Shown piece after piece: positions 35,319-45,849 of a DNA stretch of 64,000 bases. Where the stretch lies: the NCBI GenBank assembly GCA_002269645.1, contig NIVC01000277.1, forward strand, positions 62,001 through 126,000, read 5' to 3'. The stretch is from Macrostomum lignano (taxonomy: Eukaryota). The position numbers and the translations under genes were made by a program. Each line of letters begins with the position of its first letter. The stretch's first letter is position 1. The notes beneath the pieces were generated by a model, which was not told the origin of the DNA, did no database searches, and saw only the letters and a program-made list of their open reading frames with translations.

Positions 35319-38300
35319 TGTTGTGTATTGCAAAGGCATGCGATGCGTAGGGGTAGTTCGGGGACAGCGTTTCTAGAAACTTCCACCGCGGACTTGTTTA
35401 CGCATAGTTCCAGAAGTTTCCTTCCCCGGTCTTTCTAGAACTTTCCTTCCCCGCGTGCATAAATATACGAGCCGCCCTCCTATTGGCCAAGCCCTCTTTT
35501 GGTGCCACTGAGCGCCCGGATAATTATCTATCTTGTTGCTGCGTTCGTTAATTCAACAACAGAACATTGGCGACGAGGATGGCGGCTAGCATCCCCGCAC
35601 CCACGCCCTTCCTGGCGAACTGCGGATCACCGACAGTACCATGGAGCCGATGGATTGAGGCCTTTGAATTTTATTACGAGGCGGCCCAATTCAAGGAGCC
35701 CAAAGGGAAGGAAGAGGCGAAACCGCTGAAGAGGAGCCTTCTGCTCCATCTGCTTGGATTCGAAGGTCAGCGGGTTGCTCGAGCACGCCAAGCAATCAAG
35801 GAGAACGACACGTTCGCAGCAACTAAGGCGGAGCTCGAGAAGATCTTCGGCGAGAAGCCCAACGTGATGGTAGCCAGATATCGCTTCCGCCAGCGCCAGC
35901 AGCTACCCGGCGAGGACGTCAAGACCTTCGTGGCAGCCCTGAGGGAGCTGACGGAGCTGTGCAACTACGGCGCAATACAGGACGATCTCATCAGAGACCA
36001 GCTGGCTGAGAAGACCAGTAACCCCAGAATCCGAGAGAGGCTGCTGACGGAGAAGGTGGAGGACCTCAACCTGGCGAAAGCACTCAGCATCGCGGTCTCC
36101 ATCGAGGAAGCCTCCAAAGAAGCCAAGGCGATGGCGCCATCAACCTCGAGCACGGCAGCCGTCCAATCGATCCGACAGCCGAGGGGCCAGAAGGTCGCTG
36201 CAAAGGGGAGGCACCGCCCAGCACCAGCTGGCAGGACGGCCAAACCCGGCGGCGCCTGCACGCGCTGTGGGCGAGACCACGGACCGACGACCCACTGTCC
36301 GGCCAAGGGCAAGACATGCGAGGCCTGTGGCAAGAAGAACCACTTCCGGAGTTGCTGTCGCAGCCAGCAGGCTGCTGTCAATGCCGCGGACGAGGTGATC
36401 ACAGTCTACGCAGTGCCGGGTGGCGACAGGGAGGTCCGGGCGACGCTGGAACTCGGACCGGACAGGACCGCTGTCAGCCTGATGGTGGACTGCGGCGCAA
36501 GGGTGTCGCTGCTGTCCCGACAGACCGCCGATCGGATCTCAGGTGCAGTCACCTCTCCCACTACGACGAAGCTGCGTGCCTACGGCGGACTGCCAATCCA
36601 GCTAAGTGGTGTCACCGAGCTGGAGGTGCGCTACGGCGACAAGGCGATGCAGCACCGGTTCTTCGTTGCGCCAGGCGGCGACAACATCGTCGGTAGAGAC
36701 CTGATGGAGAAGCTGGGCTTCCGAGTCGACCTTAGCGGGCAGCCGCCCGGAATCGCGGAGGTCAGCGACTTGACGGCGGACTTGCAGGCGCGGTACCCAA
36801 CGACCTTCAGCGGTGCGATAGGATGCTGCGCCGGCGCTGTACACCAGCCCAGGGTCGACCCAGCAGTGCGACCCGTCCAGCAGCCACTCCACCGCCTGCC
36901 CCTCATGCGACAGGAGCAGGTCGGTGCCGAACTCGACAAGATGGAGAAGGACGGCATCATCGAGCGAGTCAACGCTAGCGAGTGGGTCTCCAATCTAGTG
37001 GTGACGGCGAAGAAGGATGGCAGCATCCGAATCTGCGTCGACGTTCGCGAGCCGAACAAGGCACTGATCGTCGACAAGCACCCGATGCCACAGCTGGACG
37101 AGATTGCCTCGAAGATCAAGAAAGGCCGCGGCCGAGTGTTCAGCAAGATTGATCTGAAGTCGGGCTACATGCAGATGCAGCTGCATGAATCGAGCCGCAA
37201 TCTGACAGCCTTCATCACGCACAAGGGGCTCTTCCGCTATCGTCGAGTTCCCTTCGGCCTGGCATCGACACCAGCTGCTTTCCAGCGCATGCTCGACGAT
37301 CAGGCCGCCGACCTCGGAGTGGAGCACATCCTGGATGACTTCATCGTGTACGGGCGCAGCGAGGAGGAGCATGATCGACGACTGGAGAAGTTGCTCCAGC
37401 GCCTCGAGGACAAGGGCATGACGGTGAACAAGCAGAAGTGCGCCTTCAAGCAGAAAGAGGTCGAATTTTTCGGATTCGTGATCTCCGAGGCCGGCATCCG
37501 GCCAACGGAGTCAGCCACAGCGGCCATCAGGGACATCCGGCAGCCCGGAGATCAGAAGGCGTTGAAGTCATTTCTAGGCGCTGCTAACTTCCTGATGCGC
37601 TTCGTGCCGCACTACGCCGACATCACAGAGCCGCTTCGAAGGCTCCTGAAGGCCGACTCCAACTTCGACTGGACGCCGGAGTGCCAACGGGCGTTCGAAG
37701 CAGTGAAGGACGCCATCAGCAAGGCACCGACGCTCGCCCACTTCGACCCGAAGGCCGACACTATTGTGACCACGGATGCCAGCGCCAAGGCCATCGGAGC
37801 CCAGCTGTCGCAGATCCAGGACGGCGTCGAGCGACCGGTCGCCTTCGCCGCCCGAGCGCTGACGACGACGGAACAGCGCTACGCCGCGAACGAGCGCGAG
37901 GCACTGGCTAGCTTCTGGGCGATGGAGAAGTGGCATTTCTACCTCTACGGTCGCCACTTCGAGCTGCGCACAGATCATCAGGCGCTGCAGCAGCTACTTC
38001 TCGGACCGACCGGCACGGGACACCGGCCACTGCGGATCCATAGGTGGTGCGACCGGCTGCTGCAGTACGACTTCCATGTGCGCTACCTGCCAGGAAACAG
38101 CAACTACATGGCCGATCTGCTGTCCCGGTGGAGCAGCGGATCGGAGCTGAACCTGATCCACCTGCCCGACACTCCAGGCCCGAGAGTCAAGGCGGTCACA
38201 CTGGAAGCACTTACCGCAGGGACCTCGGCTGACGAGACACTGGGGACAGCCATCAGGAGCGTCATCAGCGGCCGGAGGCCAGCTGACATCGACGACGTTG

Positions 38301-39842
38301 AGCTGCGGGCTCTCTGGAAGGTGCGCGAACAGCTCAGCGTCTGGAACAACGGCAAATGCCTCGCCTTCCAGGAGAGAGCAGTCATCCCGGAGTCTCTCCG
38401 CGGCCATCTTCTCGAGCAGGCTCACGAAGGGCACCAGGGCATCGTGCGCACCAAGCAGGCGCTCCGCGACTCAGTCTGGTGGCCCGCCATGGACAAGGCG
38501 GTCGAGACCTTCGTGCGACACTGCGTAGCGTGCGAGACAGCCGAGAAGAACTTTAAGGTCAGTCCGGCCCCGCTCAAGACCATACGCTGGCCAGATTCAC
38601 CATGGGCAGAGATCGCCGTGGACATCGTCGGAGAACTGCAGGCGGCGCCGGCCTCTAGCAGGTACCTCATCGTCGTGACGGACCTGCACAGCAAGTGGCC
38701 GGAGGTCATCCCGACGGCCAGCATCACCACGGAGACCATCTGCCGTGCGATGCGCAGCCTGTTCGCAAGGTGGGGGCTGTGCGAGAAGGTGCTGACGGAC
38801 AACGGCCCGCAGTTTGGCAGCGAGTTCTCGGACTTCTTGGCCGAGCAGGGCATCCGGCACGTCAAGACCAGCCTCTACCATCCGCAGACCAACGGCCAGA
38901 CGGAGCGTCTCAATCGGTCGCTGCTCGCCAGCATCAGAGCGGCCATGGCGGAGAACAGGCCGTTTCAAGACGCCGTGACCAACTTCTTGTCTGCCTACCG
39001 GAGCTCCAAGCACAGCCTGACGGGCAAGTCACCGGCCGAGCTCATGCTGGGTCGGAAGTGGCGCACCGCGATCACCATGCTGTCTCCCGGAGGGGAATGA
39101 CAACGACCGAGGCGACGCCTCAGGCACTGCGGCAGCAAATCGAGGCGCGGCAGCAGCGGATCAAGGCCTACACCGATGCCAGACGAAGGGCCCGCCCCGA
39201 GACGTTCCACCCCGGCGATTGGGTGAGAATCCGACGGCCCACCAAGAAGGGCAAGCTGGGTACCCGCCTCTCACGGCCACTACAAGTGCTCCGTCAGGCG
39301 GGACACCACGCGGTCGAGCTCAGCGACGGCACCAGATGGAACCAGCAGCGGCTGATCCGAACGCCGCACCCGGCGCAGCCGAGAGAGCGGTTCGACCCAC
39401 TGGTGGACTCGGCGCCAACGACCGGAGCCGGCACGGCGGCACCGGCGGCACCGGCGGCGGAGCCTCCGGCAAGAACAGCAGCGCCCCGCCGATCTGAGCG
39501 AGCCAGGCACCCGCCGATACGCTTCATGAACTGCCGCTGGGACTGATTAAAGTGAAGCTTGGGGACTGTTGGACTCCTTGAAGGAGGGGAAGAATGTTGT
39601 GTATTGCAAAGGCATGCGATGCGTAGGGGTAGTTCGGGGACAGCGTTTCTAGAAACTTCCACCGCGGACTTGTTTACGCATAGTTCCAGAAGTTTCCTTC
39701 CCCGGTCTTTCTAGAACTTTCCTTCCCCGCGTGCATAAATATACGAGCCGCCCTCCTATTGGCCAAGCCCTCTTTTGGTGCCACTGAGCGCCCGGATAAT
39801 TATCTATCTTGTTGCTGCGTTCGTTAATTCAACAACAGAACA
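35319..39842 (+). mobile_element. Full-length Gypsy (Mag-like) LTR retrotransposon, 4524 bp
   Basis: The 248-bp TG...CA LTRs at 35319-35566 and 39595-39842 appear identical by eye. The 5-bp TSD ATTAC is at 35314-35318 and 39843-39847. The PBS TGGCGACGAG is at 35568 and the PPT GAAGGAGGGGAAGAA at 39580-39594. Confidence 0.97.
35579..39546 (+). CDS. Gag-Pol polyprotein (Gag with two Zn knuckles, protease, RT, RNase H, integrase); single frameshift near 39080-39100
   Basis: Motifs include CTRCG..H....C and CEACGKKNH....C, MVDCGA (PR), KIDLKSGY, VPFG and ILDD (RT), TDASAKAIGA...E..D H (RH), H..H.G...C..C and DIVG...TDNGPQF...NGQTER (IN). The ORF is open 35579-39100 and the tail continues in another frame to 39546. 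Confidence 0.95.
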
Positions 39843-39886
39843 ATTACTACTTATGCTTGTAATTATATTATAATACGAGTACGTAA

Positions 39887-39892
<6 letters not shown>

Positions 39893-39921
<29 letters not shown>

Positions 39922-39937
39922 TGTATGTATGTATGTA
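39893..39937. repeat. (TATG)n microsatellite
   Basis: Direct reading. Confidence 0.9.
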
Positions 39938-41449
39938 TTATATTATAAACATGTAGTCATTTTTTGTTGCTTCCAATTTTCAATCAATATTGGTGCTTTA
40001 TATCGAGCATGTTGATATACTACAATGCTAAAATTCAATGTGAGTTACAGATTATGAATAAGTAAATTTATTTCTTTGAAATTTCCTTCTTAATATTAAA
40101 TTGTACAATAAAATGCTTTAAAGTGCAGTTAAAATTTTCAAGTAAAATGCTATAGTATAGTGCATCAAATATTAGTATTTTTGGACAAACAAAATGCATT
40201 TTAGGAATAAAAGGCCTTTAAAATTTAAAGATATATGAATGGAACGGATATTTCCCCTTTCATTCTCAATATTGTAAATAAATCCGTTTGTAATATCAAA
40301 TATTATACGTATAAATGAAAATATAAAGTTTGATCATTTGATGTGTATACTTGAAAATTAATATTTAGAATGTCCTTTTGCAGCAATGATTAACTTTATA
40401 TTTAAATAAGCCTAACATTTCGGTTTCAGTAAAGCTTACGATGCAGTTCAAGAATTGATTATTGGTATTACGCTCGTACAGCTTTCAAATCCGAAGGGAA
40501 GTTGTAGAGTCCAAGGGAAGCTCCAGAAAAAATAATTTGATAAGAAATAAGAATGTTTTTGAAAAGCTCATGGGCCAATAGCTAAAATTATTGCTGTACG
40601 TGTAGCCGTAGCTGTAGGTGAATATTGTAGCCGAGCAAATTAATAAATAGAAATTTTAATACGTGCTCCCTTTGGGAAGTCAAAATCATTCGGTGTAATT
40701 AATTGTGAACATGTTAACAAATACACATTAAAGTGTATTGTAAAAAGAGTTTATTAGGTGCTAACTTGCTTTTATTGTATTGTATATATAAATTTACTAA
40801 AAAAAGATATTTCATTTATTAGATTTAGGTTATATAATTCGGAATCGTGATTTTTACGGTGCAAATAAACAAATATCGCTAATGAATGCTTTTTTCAGTG
40901 TTTCCTCTGCTTTTATCTGTTTTTTTTGCAATGTAGAAACACTACTCTTTTTATTGAAACTGCAAGTTTACTGATTTGCTCTGCAAAAAATATTTTCATT
41001 ACAGTGTCCCAAGTTTTGAGAACGACCCTTAAGTTATACCTTGGTGAAACGTAGTCGTGTGGTGTCTGGCGTTGTTGTCATCCAATTCCTAATATACTTG
41101 TACAATCGTTAAATATACTAATCATCGGCTATTTCGTTACAATAAGTTTCTATTTCTCCTCCATCAAATCGAAATTCGGCAACATTGTTTTATCATTCTA
41201 ATATTTGGCTCTGAGCTCAGCTAGCCAACAATAGCAGCCCCAGCTCGTCTACGCGAACTCGCTCCGTCAGAACGCTACACTATTATATATGTTTCATTAA
41301 ATAATAGTATAGCTAGAATTATTTAAATATTTAAATAAAAATATTTAACTAGCCTTGGTTAAGTACAACTAGTTATATGGTTAGTGTAAATCTATACTAC
41401 TAACAATAAAAAATTTTATTTAAATATTGTTTTTAAAACCTTCCTAATT

Positions 41450-42370
41450 ACTTGCCTCCTTGTATTAGGCCTATTTTATTGCCCTTCATATTTTCCTATC
41501 TTTTTGTTGTTCTATCATATTATTTATTTGCTCTAACTTTGCTTTCTCATTTCCTTGCTATCCTACTTTCTCCTATTGCCTTACCCTCATTGCCACTATC
41601 TATTTTGTTGCTATTACCCACCTTGGTATCCCACCTTGCTATACCATGTTCTACCCTTATTATTCCTTTCTACTACTATCCCACCCTCCTTGCTATCCTA
41701 GCCTATTTTCCTACCTTTTTTGTATTGCTATTATCTACTTTCTTTTCTATACCTCTGCTATTACTACCTACCCTCCTTGCAGTACACTCCTTGCTATTAT
41801 TTACCTTCCCTACTGTTCCATCTCCCTTTTTATTCCACCTTCCCTACTGTCCTGCCCCATAAAGTTCTACCCTCCATGCAATACCCTACATACTATCCCT
41901 CCTCTACCCTGCTGTTCTACCCTCTCTATTGTCCTACCCTCCATCCCTCCCTGCTGTCCTACCCTACTGCGCCACCCTCCTTCCTAAATCTTGATGCTCC
42001 AACCTCCCTGTTGCCCCACTATCCCTCCTTGCTGCTCCACCTTCCCTGTCAATCCCTTCTATCCCACTCTCCTTGCTGTCCTACCCTCTTTACAGCTCCA
42101 CCCTCCCTGCTGTCCTACCCTCCATACAGCTCCACCTTCTCTGCTGTACAGCTTCACCCTCCCTGCTGCAACCTTCGCTACTGTCAAACCCTCGCTGCTG
42201 TCCTACCCTCCATACAGCTCCACCCTCCCTGCTGTCCTACCCTCCATACAGCTCCACCCTCCCTGCTGTCCTACCCTCCATACAGCTCCACCCTCCCTGC
42301 TGTCCTACCCTCCATACAGCTCCACCCTCCCTGCTGTCCTACCCTCCATACAGCTCCACCCTCCCTGCTG
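41450..42370. repeat. Pyrimidine-rich low-complexity tract ending in a 34-bp minisatellite (about 42090-42370)
   Basis: The unit is CAGCTCCACCCTCCCTGCTGTCCTACCCTCCATA. Confidence 0.9.
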
Positions 42371-42680
42371 CAACAGTAGTAGATAGAAATATAGTATATG
42401 GCCATACATCCTCCTTCGTCGGAACATTCACTCTGCCACTCTCTCGCTTGCTTCGCTCCTCGTTCGGGACATCGTTCATTTGATGTCCATATACTATATT
42501 TCTATCCACTACTTAGAATCATTTTTAAAGAAAATACATTTTCCTTCTCTGAAGTTCTAGACCCCCCTAAAGACACTTTTTGAAAATATTGTGTTTTTTA
42601 GTGTGCGTCAGTGAGTCATGAGTCAGTGGCTCAAACCAAAGGGTACCTATATTTTATTGTATACTCAGTGTTAGTATTTT

Positions 42681-43338
42681 AAGTGACTTCAATTTTGGCA
42701 GCCCATAGAAAAAGCATACGCATGCCAACAACATGTCTATGGTCAACTGTGGTAGAATCCGTCAAAGCGTGCATTCAACTTTGGCAAAAGTGAGCGAATT
42801 TTGGCAACTCAACCGAACAAGATGCTGAACGCGCGTATATCGCTGCAGGATCGAAAACGGCTGGTGCGCAGCTACCAAGAAGGAAGAGACTAGAGACGAC
42901 TGGCGAAGGACCTCGACATAAAGAGAACCACGGCCGACACAATTATCCACAGGTTTGTCACTGAAGATCGCGTTGCGCTGAAGCAACGAGGAGGAGCCGT
43001 GAGGCCAAAATTTACACCACCAATGTTAAATGCTGTGACTCGGTTTGTTGAAGAGAAGCCCACTATAACGTTGAGGGAGATGAAGGAGAAGATGGAAGCC
43101 AAACTTCCAGGCGCACCTGGCGTGTCGGTGCAGGCAATTAGCCGTCGCCTGGACTGTACTCTGTACATCACGCTAGTCCGTTTATTACCGTTTTCCGATC
43201 AGTTTATTGTGTTGCCAAAATTCGCCCACTTTTGCCAAAGTTGAATGCACGCTTTAACCGATTCTACTACAGTTGACCATAGACATGTTGCTGGCAGGCG
43301 TATGCTTTTTCTATGGGCTGCCAAAATTGAAGTCACTT
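42681..43338 (+). mobile_element. IS630/Tc1-type deletion derivative with 128-bp TIRs and a transposase N-terminal HTH remnant
   Basis: The inverted repeats are 42681-42808 and 43211-43338. From 42822 it reads MLNARISLQDRKRLVRSYQEGRD*RRLAKDLDIKRTTADTIIHRF...RGG...FVEEKPTITLREM. The DDE domain is missing and the TA TSD is not evident. Confidence 0.75.
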
Positions 43339-43391
43339 TTGCCAGAATCGAGCTTGAAAAGGTATATATATCAGATGTTCTCACATTTTAG

Positions 43392-44896
43392 GAAAGTTTT
43401 CAAAGGAACGCCTCGTGCATCTAAGCCATAAATACAAGGCATTTTCATCGGCAGAGAAAGCTATCATAGCATCTGATATTAATGCCACTCCTCAAGGCGG
43501 AGTTAGGCATGTTTTCCGCGACCTTGATAGGATGGTAAGGTACCAGTATTCTTTATTTCATTATGCAGCTGTGTGCTACCAAAGATCTCACCTTAATGAT
43601 TATTCATCCAAAATCTCTATTTATGGGTTTCTGTAATGTTAGTATTGATAGTTGTATTTGCGCGTTACAACTAGAAAATTTATTTACATCAAATTTTTAT
43701 GCTTTACTTTCTGTTTCGAAACGTACTCTGAAGGTTACCAGTATGTTCCTCTACCTTTAAAAATACTTTTTTAGGCTCGAGGCATGTTTGACGACTACGA
43801 CGTCCTTCTGATCGTTAGGTCTAAAAAATCGGGTACGATCTCGACCTGTGCGTCACCAGCCGTTCTGCCTCTCGTCATGGAGGGTGATATTGTGCAAGTC
43901 ATGTGAGCAAATTAAAAAAATAATAACGCTTTCGAAGTCCCTTTTTAAATATTTTATTGCAATGATTATCTTAAGTGTTCTCTGCAATTCTTCAGAAATT
44001 CAGCATTCAATCAATATGCCCTAGTGCCAACCGAAACCCGACGATCAAGGTTATGCGTAAAGAATTGCGCGCTGCTGCTCGAACGGCTTACAGTAAGTGC
44101 TTTATATTCGAACCTAACGAATTTTGATTATTAAAAATATTTCATATATAAAACATACAGGCATGATTCATTCAGTATCGATTCACAGTATTCAGAATTG
44201 AACAATACATTTTCAGGTAATGCAAGTATGGCAGCAAAAATGACTTACGACAACCTAGGTGGACAGTTCGTTCCTCCCCTTAAGAACCCTGCTACCTTAA
44301 AAGGAGCGGAGTTAAAGGCAGCTTTCGACGCACGACAGCAGCTACGCTTCATACCTCAAACTCAAGTTCCTACCGATGCTCATAATCTTGGCAGTTTGGC
44401 GGCATCGCCGCCTGAACGTGGCGGTCTGGCCGCTTCGCAGCCTGGACGTGGCGGTCTGGTCGCTTCGCAGCCTGGACGTGGCGGTTTGGCCGCTTCGCAG
44501 CCTGGACGTGGCGGTCTGGCCGCTTCGCAGCCTGGACGTGGCGGTCTGGCCGCTTCGCAGCCTGGACGTGGCGGTCTGGCCGCTTCGCAGCCTGGACGTG
44601 GCGGTCTGGCCGCTTCGCAGCCTGGACGTGGCGGTCTGGCCGCTTCGCAGCCTGGACGTGGCGGTCTGGCCGCTTCGCAGCCTGGACGTGGCGGTCTGGC
44701 CGATTTGCAGCCTGGACGTGGCGGTCTGGCCGCTTCGCAGCCTGGACGTGGCGGTCTGGCCGCTTCGCAGCCTGGACGTGGCGGTCTGGCCGCTTCGCAG
44801 CCTGGACGTGGCGGTCTGCATGTAGACGTACCCTGCATGCAATCCGTTACTTGGTTCTCTGACTTTGATGAGGATATTATCATTGAGTGTGAATAA
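43392..44896 (+). CDS. Unknown spliced gene (exons 43392-43534, 43775-43902, 44004-44092, 44217-44896; 5' exons not found) with a MADS/SRF-like stretch and a 10-aa repeat
   Basis: Four GT-AG junctions are phase-compatible and give one stop-free frame: ...VFRDLDRM|ARGMFDDYDVLLIVRSKKSGTISTCASPAVLPLV...|IQSICPS...RKELRAAARTAY|SNASMAAKMTYDNL.... Confidence 0.55.
44400..44820 (+). repeat. 30-bp coding tandem repeat (QPGRGGLAAS), about 14 copies
   Basis: The unit CAGCCTGGACGTGGCGGTCTGGCCGCTTCG is nearly invariant. Confidence 0.97.
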
Positions 44897-45195
44897 ACAA
44901 ATTAGGCTCGTAGAAGAATATCATGTCATAATATTTCGCTGTTAATTTGAAATCAATGTATTGAGTGCTATATAATTCTTTCGATCCTTTTTATCGCATA
45001 AAATCAGCGCCTACGAGTATGCAGGAAAAAGACTAATAAATGAGTGCGGAGCGCCTATCGAGAGCCCACGGTCGTTAGACGCGGGGCCGTTGGTACAGTG
45101 AAATCTTGCGAAATCTTAAGTCGCTGTACTGTGTTTTTTTGTGAGTATTAGCCTTTTGCCCTCAAAATTTTGGAAAACACTTTATTATATCGGGG

Positions 45196-45365
45196 TAAGA
45201 ATCGTGAGATTCTGGGGGCTAAGAATCGTGAGATTCTGGGGGCTAAGAATCGTGAGATTCTGGGGGCTAAGAATCGTGAGATTCTGGGGGCTAAGAATCG
45301 TGAGATTCTGGGGGCTAAGAATTGTGAGATTTTGAGGATAAGAACTGTGAGATTTTGAGGATAAG
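45196..45365. repeat. 24-bp minisatellite, about 7 copies
   Basis: The unit is AAGAATCGTGAGATTCTGGGGGCT. Confidence 0.92.
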
Positions 45366-45849
45366 AATCATGCTCAAAACAATTTTTTTATTTCAAAGTA
45401 GCTGCTATTTTTGCGAGCTAAGAGTCGGTACAACACTGCTTCATCATCATCCATTCTCCCTTAATACATGTACTCTACGAAACATGCTAAAGTCAATGAA
45501 GGTGCTGATTTCCTTTATGAAGGTGCATTCCAAAGCATATCAAATAACTTTTTTAGCCTCCAGAATGGTCTCTAGGAAAATGTGTACATTCTGACTGAAG
45601 CCAAGTATAGAAGCATGCATATTTTAAAGTAGAAAGAGAAATTTTAATATTTATTTGCAGAGTTCCTTTAAAAACATATGCTTACAAAATTACAAAACAA
45701 GATTATTGGAGGGGCTGTTCGTTGCTGGAGGGGCGCAATTAGCAGGCCGCGCCCTGATACTGCCAACCTCGTCATGGTCAAAGATGATCGACGAGGTACG
45801 CCCGCAAGCCGACTCTAACACATCAAAAACCAAAGTTTGCGCCCCTTAA

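Noticed and set aside
35767-39662. Many overlapping and antisense ORFs in the Gypsy element
   Set aside because: They are shadows of a GC-rich coding strand with no domain motifs.
41000-41032. Right end of the Sola2 element (GTGTCCCAAGTTTTGAGAACGACCC|TTAA)
   Set aside because: It looks terminus-like, but the matching left end is absent, so it cannot be verified.
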